A stretch of 64,000 bases of DNA from Planctomycetota bacterium. Its GTDB lineage: Bacteria > Planctomycetota > UBA8108 > SXIK01. A program made the position numbers and the translations under genes. The notes beneath the pieces are model-generated. The model searched no databases. It was not told the origin of the DNA and saw only the letters and a list, made by a program, of their open reading frames with translations. Below, piece after piece: positions 1-8,932 of the stretch (positions within the stretch are counted from its first letter, which is position 1; each line of letters starts with the position of its first letter). The DNA is taken from the NCBI GenBank assembly GCA_965223265.1, contig OZ244999.1:8544001-8608000 (forward strand), read 5' to 3'.

Positions 1-2
1 AG

Positions 3-3000
3 CTCGTTCACCATGATCCTTTTTTCGAGGAGCCAGAACGCGGGCGCATCCGCTATCACGCGCCGCTCGATGGTTCGCTCGGGATTTTGCAGGCCGAGCC
101 GCGGCAGCGATATACGCTCACGCTCTTCGATCTGGACGGGGCGATCGTGCGCGACACGCGCGTCGAAGCCGTCGTTCACGATCGCGTCCAGAGCAGCCGC
201 ACCGATGAGCAGGGACGAGTGACCCTTGGCGTCGCGGTGCCGACTTCTCTCACGCAACCAACCGTCGCATCGCTGACGACGCTCAGCCCAGACTATTTTC
301 AGCGAACTGTGACGTTTCCGGCGCCGCGTGAGCCTGCCGTTGCAACGCTCGGTGCACGCACCGCGCCGCGCCTACGATTTCGTGCCCTGCGGGTTGTCGA
401 CGATGTCGAACGCCCAGTGGAACCGATCACCCCGTCTTCGGTGCAGCTGGCGCACGAAATGACTCTTGTCCGCCTGGACGGTGACGGCGGCGTTCACTAC
501 GTCGGCGAGCTGCCCCCAGCAGGGATCGCTTTGGAGATCTTCATCAGTGGTTTCTTGCCACGTTATGTCACCACGCCGCCACTTCCGATCGGCGCTGCGG
601 AGCTCGATCTTGGCGACATCGTTTTCGATCCTGGTTGGACGCGGGAAGTGGATCTTCGAGGCTTGCGGCTCGAAACGGACGATTGCCGTGGCTGCTCCGT
701 CTTGGTCAGCAGCGAGGGCGATCCGCACCTGGTGCATCGCTACGTCGCCGATCGAGCAGAGCGAGTTCTTCTCGGTGGCCTTTCACGCGGTTTCTACACC
801 GTCACGATCGAAGGACCTGATCTGGCAACCCGAACGACCCGCTTCGAGATGCTCGAATCGCTGCAGGCGGCGCCGCTTTCCTTCGACGGAGCATGGGTAC
901 ATCACTCTCGCGTCCGCAGCGCCGGAGCGGTTCACTCTGTCGCGGAGTCGGAGTTTGCGGGCGCGGAAGTCATCGAGCTGTATCAAGTCGCGGGGACGGA
1001 GGGTGAGGTGAAGTCGGTGTCTTATCCGCTCGCTCCCGATGGATCTTTCGGGACGACTTTGGAAATGGAGAACATGGACCTGCTGCGCGTTGGTGTCGTC
1101 ACACCGCAAGGCCGGGTCGCTCTCGGGGTTGGAGGTGAACCAATCGCCGTCGGCAAAGATCGCTGGCTCTATGAATTCGGGCTGTTGAACTTCCTCAAGC
1201 GACCCTCTGCGCGGATCGATTTCATCGCTCCAGGGCTTGGGCGCGTGGAGCCGCCGCATCGCGTGAGCGTCCACGACGCTGCAGGCTTCTCCCAGCTGGC
1301 GCGATTTCGTGTGTACGAACGTAGCTTGTGGATCGATTCTCTGCTGCCGGGAGCCTATGACCTGCGCTGGCAAGTTGGTGACGGCGCGGAAGCAACCGTC
1401 GGCCTGGTGATCCGCAGCAACGAAGAGTTGCGTGTGCGCGTGGAGCGCTCGGTGCTTCCCGAAGAAACGATCGAGATTCTGGTCGTCGATCGTGACCGTC
1501 GGCCGATCGAAAGTGCTGCGGTGTCGCCGAGCGGGAGGTCCTTCGGTGTCGATCGTGATGCCTTGCCACCGGGAATCCACCTAACGAGAATCCGCACGCG
1601 TGAGACCACCACGCTGAGGGTCGAGGCGCCGGGGTTTGTTCACGCCACGGCGACGATCGAAGCGGGAGGGGTCGCGCCCAGCGAGGTCATTCTCTACGGC
1701 GCCGCACGCGCGAAGGGCCTCGTTCTCGACGCGGACGGACTCCCCGCAGTCGGTGAGCTGTGGATTGACTGGCGGCCTCTGAAGCCAAGTCGGATCTCTT
1801 ACGGCGATCGCATAGCCGTCGAGCTCACGGACGGGCGATTCGTCGTCGATGAATTACCAGCCCTGCCGCTGGAGTTCACGTTTCGTCTCGCTGATTCGAG
1901 CATCCAAGTTCAGCGTACGGCCAGCCTCGTTGCGGACGACGAAATCCATGACTTCGGCACCCTGCCGCTGATCGAAACTCGATCCCTCTCAGGGACCGTG
2001 TTCTTGCCGGACGGCTCGCGCGCCGCTGGTGCTGACGTGCTGCTTGTCGACGAGCGTTTCCTTCGCGTGCCTCTTAGGTCGCTCGCGGAGCGGGACGTGC
2101 GGTTTCGAGCCACGACCGATTCGCAGGGCGCGTTCGAGCTCCGAGAGATTCCTCTGGCGTTGGACGCGGATCTCCTTCTCGTGGCGCGACTGGATGGTTA
2201 CGGAGATGCATTCGCTGCTCGTCCAGACCTCGGTGAGAGCAGCTACGAGTTACAGCTCTCGCCGGCAGCTGGCCTGGAGCTCGCCGTTGGCTACTTGGAT
2301 GCCGCCGCGCGTCCGGAGTTTAGATTCGCGCTCGAGTTTCAGCCAGATCCTGAGGACGTCACGACTCGGACTGAGCTCGGTGAGATCCCAGCTGAGCTCT
2401 ACGGAGCGAATGTCTACGAGAATATCGAACCGGGCCTCTATCGTGTCACGTGGGGACCGCGGGACGCCTACGAACCTATCGCGCCGTTGACGGAGGAAGT
2501 GGTCGTCGTACCAGGAGAGATTCGTAGTCTCCACTTGACGCTCGAAGGCAGGGAACTGCGCGGCACGGCGTCGCTCAATGGTCAAGCCGTCGAGCGCGGT
2601 TGGATTCTACTCACTGACGAACCGGGCGCGAGCAGTTCGCGCGTCGGTCGCATCGTCGACAGCCGATTTCTGGTTGTCGACCCTCCCCTTGGTTTTCAGG
2701 TCTACGGGGCGATTGTTCCAGAAGGCAAGCCTCAGGCGCAGCAAAACATTGCCCGCGGCGAAGCGTTGCCGCTGCGTGTACCGCTTTACGATCAGGCGCG
2801 GCGCAACGGCTTTCTGCGCTTCGACTACGTCGCCTACGATCTCAGACTCAAATTCTCAGAGGAGTTCCTTCACCGCTACCCAGGTGCACAGCTCGTCTAC
2901 GACCAATATCGCTGGGACGGCAGCAGGTTCGTGAGTTACAAGGCGAGCGAACTGGTCGCCGCTTCATTCGTCGATTTCCGACTTCTCCGACCTGCAGTCT

Positions 3001-3092
3001 ATCGGCTGTCGCTGCGCACGGCGTCCGGTGGTCTGATCGTGGCGCGCCCGATCGCGATCATCGATCATGACACCGAAATCGAGTTGCGCTGA
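3..3092 (+). CDS. Large hypothetical protein with carboxypeptidase-regulatory-like (beta-sandwich) domains; 5' truncated by the window edge
   Basis: Frame is open from base 3 (LVHHDPFFEE...). Repeated motifs of the type G.V...DG.PA.GA.V, TDSQGAFEL and PG.Y.V.W are typical of CarboxypepD_reg-like repeats. Confidence 0.6.
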   Translation, partial: LVHHDPFFEEPERGRIRYHAPLDGSLGILQAEPRQRYTLTLFDLDGAIVRDTRVEAVVHDRVQSSRTDEQGRVTLGVAVPTSLTQPTVASLTTLSPDYFQRTVTFPAPREPAVATLGARTAPRLRFRALRVVDDVERPVEPITPSSVQLAHEMTLVRLDGDGGVHYVGELPPAGIALEIFISGFLPRYVTTPPLPIGAAELDLGDIVFDPGWTREVDLRGLRLETDDCRGCSVLVSSEGDPHLVHRYVADRAERVLLGGLSRGFYTVTIEGPDLATRTTRFEMLESLQAAPLSFDGAWVHHSRVRSAGAVHSVAESEFAGAEVIELYQVAGTEGEVKSVSYPLAPDGSFGTTLEMENMDLLRVGVVTPQGRVALGVGGEPIAVGKDRWLYEFGLLNFLKRPSARIDFIAPGLGRVEPPHRVSVHDAAGFSQLARFRVYERSLWIDSLLPGAYDLRWQVGDGAEATVGLVIRSNEELRVRVERSVLPEETIEILVVDRDRRPIESAAVSPSGRSFGVDRDALPPGIHLTRIRTRETTTLRVEAPGFVHATATIEAGGVAPSEVILYGAARAKGLVLDADGLPAVGELWIDWRPLKPSRISYGDRIAVELTDGRFVVDELPALPLEFTFRLADSSIQVQRTASLVADDEIHDFGTLPLIETRSLSGTVFLPDGSRAAGADVLLVDERFLRVPLRSLAERDVRFRATTDSQGAFELREIPLALDADLLLVARLDGYGDAFAARPDLGESSYELQLSPAAGLELAVGYLDAAARPEFRFALEFQPDPEDVTTRTELGEIPAELYGANVYENIEPGLYRVTWGPRDAYEPIAPLTEEVVVVPGEIRSLHLTLEGRELRGTASLNGQAVERGWILLTDEPGASSSRVGRIVDSRFLVVDPPLGFQVYGAIVPEGKPQAQQNIARGEALPLRVPLYDQARRNGFLRFDYVAYDLRLKFSEEFLHRYPGAQLVYDQYRWDGSRFVSYKASELVAASFVDFRLLRPAVYRLSLRTASGGLIVARPIAIIDHDTEIELR

Positions 3093-3140
3093 TCCCCGCG
3101 TCGGCCGACATGTACGGCCGAACGCTCAGGGGGCCGGTGG

Positions 3141-5972
3141 TCAAAACCCAATCAGCAGCCCTGTCATGATGCCGCGTCCTGCACCGGCGCCGCTTCCCGT
3201 CTTGAGCAGCGGGATGTCGCCGCGAACGAACGCTTCGATTTGATCCGTCAGATGAAGTGAAGCGCCCGGGCGAAGGACGAGGTCAAAGCTGGCTTGGTCG
3301 ACGTCGACGGGGGTACGCCCGGACGATCGACGATCTTTGGCTTTCAGGAGACCGCGCGCGCCGAGGAACAGGGAAACGTGACCGTGGCGCTCGGAGTAGG
3401 TGAGGGCGCTTTCCCACAGGTCGCCGGGGCGGCGCCCTTGGTGGCGATCGATCGCTGTCGTGTAGAGGGTTTCGAGGGTCAGCGCTCTATAGGTGTTCCA
3501 CGTCAACTCAAGCGCACCGCCCGCTGTTGGTCGCCACACACCGCTGCCACGCGCGAATGCGAATGGGGCAGCGCTGGCAGCGTTAGCAGTTGGGGCGGTC
3601 GTTGCCAGTCGAGGGATGAGCCGGAGCGCATCGCCCTCCGTTTCCGACGCAGCGAGCAGAAACGGTCGCTGCACGCCGAACTCAAGGTCGCGGACCCCCT
3701 CATCCGAGCCGCGTACTCCTGCGACTTTCCAGTCAGCGCGCCGGTAACCACCCGCGGCGTCGAGTTCGATCTCCCACGGCCCCCGCACGGCGGCGCGCAG
3801 CGTCACATCGCGCAGTCGGCCGCGGGCGCCGTCGCCGCCTCCCAGTCGATCGCGGTACCAAAAGGAAGACTCGAAGCGGACGCGATCTGGCACCGTATCG
3901 AGAATCTGTTGACCGAATCGCCGACTCTGAGGGCCGGTTGGACTTCCGTAAGGCGTCGGTTCAAGGCCGGCGTAACGCGGCGCCGCGCGCTCGCTTCTGT
4001 CGTACGGCCTGGCCATCGTGACGGCGGCCGGCGCGGTCGCCTCGCCCGACCAAAAGTGCTCGAGCATGTCGAGTCCCTGCTCGACTGTTTTGGCGCCGTG
4101 CGCCGGACCGTTGAGGGCGACGAAGCTTGTCGGGTCCAGTTTGCTACGCGCGTGGTTGGCTTGAGTGACCGCGTAGCCGCTGTAGGCGTTCGCGTGTGTG
4201 ACGACGAATGTGCTGGCCGCCGGGCTGCGCTGCTTGAGATCGAGACCCAAACGAACAGCGATTTCGGACGACGTAGCCACGATCGCGGTGTCGCCGATGC
4301 GCAGGGTTTGCAGCGGTGCGTACTTTGGCCAGTCGATCAAAGATCCAACGAGCCAGTCCAGCGGAAAGAGCAGGTCTGGAATCAAGTTGGGGTTGAAAGG
4401 GGGCAACGCGAAGTAGGTCGTCATTGCGCCGAGTTCAACGTCGCTGCGTGTCGCGATCGAGTCGATGTGGCCACGAACCGCTGTGAAGAGCTCAGCCGCT
4501 ACTTCTTCGGCGAGGCCTTCGGATGCCCATTGACCTGGACGGCGTGGCGACACCGCGTTGAGATCTCCGAGGGCACCGGCGAGGAAGAGACCGAAGCCGA
4601 ACGTGTCGTCGAGCTTCGAGGCGAGGTGTCCAGGGTAGTCGGGCGAAACGAATCCGTCGGCGGGCGAGAGAATCGGGTGGGCGGCGAAGTTGACGACGAC
4701 GGCGATGGGATCTCCTGCCGCGTCGACGACTTTCAGAATTCCAACTTCGGGATCGACGGTGGTGCCGTGGCGTCGATTCGCGCTGAGCCCGCCGGCAGCT
4801 GCGCTGCCGGCGCCGATAGCGGCCGGCTCGAGAGCATTGACTGCGTCGACTACCGCGTCGGCAATGCGCGTAACGAGTTGACTTCGGAGTTCCTCTTGGA
4901 ACGGACCGAACATGTAGAATTCGTAGAGTCCGTGATCCACGAAGCCGCCGACGCTCGTGTGCGTGTGGGTGGCGGCCACGAGCAAGTCGTCGAGCTCGAC
5001 GCCACGCTCGCCCAGACGGACCGCGACGAGGCGACGAAGTTCAGCGTCGGTGATGAGCAGATCGGCGCTGACGACTGCAACGCGCAGATCGTCCACTTCG
5101 AGGGCGATGGCGCGGGCGAACACCGGGGTTCGGACACCGGCGGCGACGCCTGGGCTCGGGCCGTAGGTCGCTAGCTGGACTGGACCGGTCCATCCATCGA
5201 GAAGATTTCGCTTTCCAACCCCTGCCCGCAGTGAGCCACGACGGGTGCGGGTGCTCCCCGAGACGAGTGGATACATGGTGAAAACGCGCTCTTCAAGTTC
5301 GCGGATGCGCTCTTCGTCGTCGAGGAGGCCGGGGTTGTCGATGAACGGTCGATAGAGCTCGACCGGAAACAGGTCGATGAATTGAAAGACGTTCGGATAG
5401 ACCGGCGGGATATGAAAGTGGTACGACGTTTCCCGTTTGAGTCGTTCGCGGTCCTTCACCCCCTGAAAGAGCATGCGCCACGCGGCTGACATCATGCCGG
5501 TACGGTCGGCGCCGGCGCGGCAGTGCATGAGGAAGGGACGGCGGGACTCCTGGGCGCGCAGCGTGACGCGAATCATCTCGAGGATTTTGCGCGGCGTCGG
5601 TGGCCTCGCGGCCGACATGCGAACGTGTGTGTAAGTGCCACTACGTGCCTCGATGAACGCCTTTTCATCGGGGTCGGGCTTGCGTTGTAGATCGAGGATT
5701 TCGCCGAGATTGACTCGTTCGCTGAGAAACTCGAGAAGCGCGCGGCTTGGCTCGTGGGAGCGATAGGCGATTCCTGGGGCAAGCTCGCCGAGGTTGTCGA
5801 AAAGAAAGCGCGTCTTCTCGCCGGCGCTCAGGGGTTCAACGTCGCTCGGTACTTCGAGCGGTGGCAAAGGTTCCGGAACTTCGACGAGCAAGCTGCAGCT
5901 GCTCGTGAGGCTCATGAGGCCCGCGACCCAGGCGGCGGCGACCTGCAGGCGTGCACATCGGGATCGACACAT
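3141..5972 (-). CDS. Putative lipoprotein: CX5R (dual-specificity/PTP-like) phosphatase + neutral/alkaline ceramidase-like domain + C-terminal outer-membrane beta-barrel
   Basis: HCRAGADRTG P-loop; ceramidase-like ATHTHT, NFAAHP and GALGDLN; amphipathic strands ending in ...GLLIGF. Start moved to ATG 5972, which precedes a signal-like stretch ending LTSSC. Confidence 0.75.
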   Translation of the reverse strand: MCRSRCARLQVAAAWVAGLMSLTSSCSLLVEVPEPLPPLEVPSDVEPLSAGEKTRFLFDNLGELAPGIAYRSHEPSRALLEFLSERVNLGEILDLQRKPDPDEKAFIEARSGTYTHVRMSAARPPTPRKILEMIRVTLRAQESRRPFLMHCRAGADRTGMMSAAWRMLFQGVKDRERLKRETSYHFHIPPVYPNVFQFIDLFPVELYRPFIDNPGLLDDEERIRELEERVFTMYPLVSGSTRTRRGSLRAGVGKRNLLDGWTGPVQLATYGPSPGVAAGVRTPVFARAIALEVDDLRVAVVSADLLITDAELRRLVAVRLGERGVELDDLLVAATHTHTSVGGFVDHGLYEFYMFGPFQEELRSQLVTRIADAVVDAVNALEPAAIGAGSAAAGGLSANRRHGTTVDPEVGILKVVDAAGDPIAVVVNFAAHPILSPADGFVSPDYPGHLASKLDDTFGFGLFLAGALGDLNAVSPRRPGQWASEGLAEEVAAELFTAVRGHIDSIATRSDVELGAMTTYFALPPFNPNLIPDLLFPLDWLVGSLIDWPKYAPLQTLRIGDTAIVATSSEIAVRLGLDLKQRSPAASTFVVTHANAYSGYAVTQANHARSKLDPTSFVALNGPAHGAKTVEQGLDMLEHFWSGEATAPAAVTMARPYDRSERAAPRYAGLEPTPYGSPTGPQSRRFGQQILDTVPDRVRFESSFWYRDRLGGGDGARGRLRDVTLRAAVRGPWEIELDAAGGYRRADWKVAGVRGSDEGVRDLEFGVQRPFLLAASETEGDALRLIPRLATTAPTANAASAAPFAFARGSGVWRPTAGGALELTWNTYRALTLETLYTTAIDRHQGRRPGDLWESALTYSERHGHVSLFLGARGLLKAKDRRSSGRTPVDVDQASFDLVLRPGASLHLTDQIEAFVRGDIPLLKTGSGAGAGRGIMTGLLIGF

Positions 5973-6409
5973 ATTCAGGCGACTCTCTTCCGCTTCTTCC
6001 GATCTTCTCTGGTTCTCTTCTGATCTGCGCTGATCTTTTCTGCCGCTGTCTGCGGCTTCTGACGACGGCAGCGCGCGGCACATGGGCGCTGAATTATAGT
6101 GTGCGACGGTCGAGAACTCGAACGAGATCCGAGCCTCAGTCGCGCGCTGTTTCCCTCTGAGTGAGGAGAGCCGTAGGCTGTTCGCCGAGGACTGCACGCG
6201 TGTGGATTCAAGCGAGCCGTGTCGTAGAGGTTCGACCCACCCCAGAGAAAGCGACAGGGGCTGTTCGCGCGGTCCTATTGAGGCGCTATCTCGTGACCGT
6301 CGATGAGGCCGGACTCGCCCGTTGCGCTGGCTCCGATGAACCGTCATCCTCAGTGTGCTCGTCGTCGACAAGCATCAATGTCCCATCAACCGAAGGAGTG
6401 ACGCACGTC

Positions 6410-7468
6410 GTGAGCGATCACCTGCCGGAGCCTTTTCAGTGGCTGCGGGAAGCACCTTTCTTTCAGGCCGGACTGGCGGGCTATTCCGACGCCGCGATGC
6501 GCATCGTAGCGCGGCGACATGGTTGCCCCTACTGTGTCACCGAGTCGATCCAAGATGACGTGCTGGTGCACGGGGGCAAGGGGCTCGAGGCAGCGCGGCT
6601 TGATCCGGAGGATCACCCGATCGCCGGCCAACTCATGGGCACGTTTCCAGACTCGATCGCAGCGGGCGCCCGGATTCTCGTCGAGCTCGGTTACGATGTG
6701 ATCGACGTCAACCTGGCGTGTCCGACGAAGCGCGTCCGGGCTCGATGCCGTGGCGGCCTCTTGCTGTCGGCGCCAGACGAAGCCATTGAGATTCTTACGG
6801 CGGTGCGCGATTCCGTGGCGGGGCGGAGGCCACTGACGGTCAAGCTGCGTCGTGGCTACGACGACTCGACTGAGTCGGCGCAGAACTTTTACCGGATCGT
6901 CGAGGCCGCGATCGACCTTGGCTACTTTGCCGCGACGGTCCATGGCCGGACGGTGACGCAAAAATACGTCGGTCCGTCGTCGTGGAACTTTCTCGCCAGT
7001 CTGACCCGTCGATATCCGAGTTTCCGCTTCTTCGGTTCCGGTGACGTCTTCGACGCTGCTGCTATTTTCAATATGCTCGAGACGACGAACGTGCGCGCCG
7101 TCGCCGTGGCCCGAGGTGCGATCGCCAACCCGTGGATTTTTCGCCAGGCGCATGCAGTCCTGCATGGTGGCACCGCTGCGCCGCCGACCCGCGCCGAGCA
7201 GCGAGGAGTCCTCGAGCAGCACTTTCAATTGGCCTCTCGATTCACCCCGGAGCGAGCTGTCCGTATGATGCGCAAGTTCGGGATTAAGTTCAGCCGCCAC
7301 CACCCGAACGCGGCCGACGTTGCGCGGGCTTTTATTGCCGTGAAGTCGTCCGCCGACTGGTGGGGCGCTCTTGAGGCGCATTACCCGCAGGGCAGGGTCA
7401 TCGACGCTGCTGTGACGTCTGGCGTCGACGGTCGTGCTTCGGTTGACCGTCGGAACGCGACTTGTTGA
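6410..7468 (+). CDS. dusB: tRNA-dihydrouridine synthase
   Basis: AGLAGYSD, DVNLACP, TVKLRRG, VHGRT, SGDV and ARGAIANPWIF motifs; AAGGAG upstream of GTG 6410. Confidence 0.88.
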   Translation: MSDHLPEPFQWLREAPFFQAGLAGYSDAAMRIVARRHGCPYCVTESIQDDVLVHGGKGLEAARLDPEDHPIAGQLMGTFPDSIAAGARILVELGYDVIDVNLACPTKRVRARCRGGLLLSAPDEAIEILTAVRDSVAGRRPLTVKLRRGYDDSTESAQNFYRIVEAAIDLGYFAATVHGRTVTQKYVGPSSWNFLASLTRRYPSFRFFGSGDVFDAAAIFNMLETTNVRAVAVARGAIANPWIFRQAHAVLHGGTAAPPTRAEQRGVLEQHFQLASRFTPERAVRMMRKFGIKFSRHHPNAADVARAFIAVKSSADWWGALEAHYPQGRVIDAAVTSGVDGRASVDRRNATC

Positions 7469-8423
7469 TCTGCCGGAGACGCCTAGCAATCCATCTGCGT
7501 TCAGACTTGAAGCCCTCTTTTGCCGCGAGATCTTTCGCCAAAGCCTCGTAGCGCTCGGTGATGTCGAAACCGACGCTGTGCTGCATCTTGCGAAGGCACA
7601 CCGGACAGAGAAACAGCGGTCGTGCGTCCGACTCTCTGAGATGGTTAGAGCCGTTCATGAGACAGTTGTAGTAGACGCAGTGACGCACCCCGAACATGTG
7701 ACCGATCTCGTGGGTCATCGTCTTGAGGCTGCGACGTTCGATCAGGTGGCGTGCCTGCGAGGTATTCGATGGCCGGCGCGGTGTATAGCGTGCAAAGCTG
7801 TAAATGCCGACACGTCGTGAGAGCGATGCTTGGCCAAACACGAAGTTCCAGTCGTCGCGCGGGTAGAGATCCTCGAGCGTGAAGCCAAGCAGACAGAACG
7901 CGTCGGGCGGTAGGCGGATTCTGAGGTAACTCAGAATATCCTTTGTCCAGATCTGACGACCAGCGTACTCATGCGCGCGCGTCTTGAAACCGAGGCCATC
8001 AATCGGCGTCGTTTTAAGAAGCGTGCATTCGAGTTGAAAGAAGGCGCTCACGTAGGCGCGGAGGGACTCGAAGTCGGGACTCTTGTCCGCGGAGAAGCTG
8101 CCGAGTGGCAGCAGGTAGATGCGGCGTCGCGTTGAGTTTGGAACGTGGCGTCGCGCGGCGAGAAAGCGGGGGAAGGATTGCGGTTCTTCTTCACGCACGT
8201 CGAGCCAATCGCCGCGACGCGGCTGCCCGAGCGGAGAGAAGTGGTTCGCGGGAAGAAAGGCGCGGCGCTCGCGTGGGGTGAGATCCTCGAGCGAGCCCAC
8301 GGCTGCGCGACGCTTTGCAGTGCTGATGAACGGAGCCTCAGCAGGGTCTTCGGCGGCGTTCGCGGGAAGCGTGAGCAGAGAGAACGCGACAACGGCAGTG
8401 CTGCAGGGGTTGAAGTCGGCCAC
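7398..8423 (-). CDS. Archaemetzincin-family zinc metalloprotease (secreted)
   Basis: HEIGHMFGVRHC..CLMNGSN...LCPVC; DLYP..WNFVFGQA; N-terminal signal peptide. Confidence 0.88.
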   Translation of the reverse strand: MADFNPCSTAVVAFSLLTLPANAAEDPAEAPFISTAKRRAAVGSLEDLTPRERRAFLPANHFSPLGQPRRGDWLDVREEEPQSFPRFLAARRHVPNSTRRRIYLLPLGSFSADKSPDFESLRAYVSAFFQLECTLLKTTPIDGLGFKTRAHEYAGRQIWTKDILSYLRIRLPPDAFCLLGFTLEDLYPRDDWNFVFGQASLSRRVGIYSFARYTPRRPSNTSQARHLIERRSLKTMTHEIGHMFGVRHCVYYNCLMNGSNHLRESDARPLFLCPVCLRKMQHSVGFDITERYEALAKDLAAKEGFKSERRWIARRLRQINKSRSDGQPKHDRRRQTSQQRR

Positions 8424-8526
8424 TGAAATACCTCCCGATCAGCCCTTTCTCGCCACGTCGGGATGATGACGGCAAGCAGGCGCCGCCGCCACAGGTCGCG
8501 GCGTGTTTTTTGTGTAAGCTCCCGTC

Positions 8527-8650
8527 GAGGCAGAGGCGGAGACGGATTGCGGTGCATGCCCCACGCCCACTCCCACTCCCACTCCCACGCCCACGCCCAC
8601 GCACTCGCACTCGCACTCGCACTACTCGCACTCGCACTCGCACTCGCGAA
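8527..8650. repeat. Two-arm hexamer repeat tract (GGCAGA/GGCGGA/GACGGA, then CCACGC/CCACTC/GCACTC)
   Basis: Period-6 repeats are directly visible in the intergenic region. Confidence 0.85.
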
Positions 8651-8932
8651 CAGACCGGCTGCGAATCGCGTGCGCAAGCCGGCGACTGATGCAGACACCC
8701 CATCAGGATCACGGAAGAGCGTTCTCGCCGGCGTTGTTCCCTAACGTCCCCTCGCCCGTCGCGAACTTTCACCGACGCTGCGCCGTGTCCAACTCTGCAA
8801 TCGCGAGTTCACCCTGGTCGGATGTGTTGGTTATAATGGTCCGAAGCTGACGCTCCGGCGCGGGTTGGTCGCTCCGTTGGTTTGGTCCAGGGCGTTTTCG
8901 AGGATGACTTTGTAGAAAGGGTTGCAACTTTG

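Noticed and set aside
3294-5174. 626-aa plus-strand ORF (and similar ones at 45844-47154, 33784-34920 and 6386-7489)
   Set aside because: Antisense shadows of well-supported genes in high-GC DNA; no motifs.
7398-7468. 71-nt 3' overlap of dus and archaemetzincin
   Set aside because: Low-complexity tails of convergent genes; common in GC-rich genomes.
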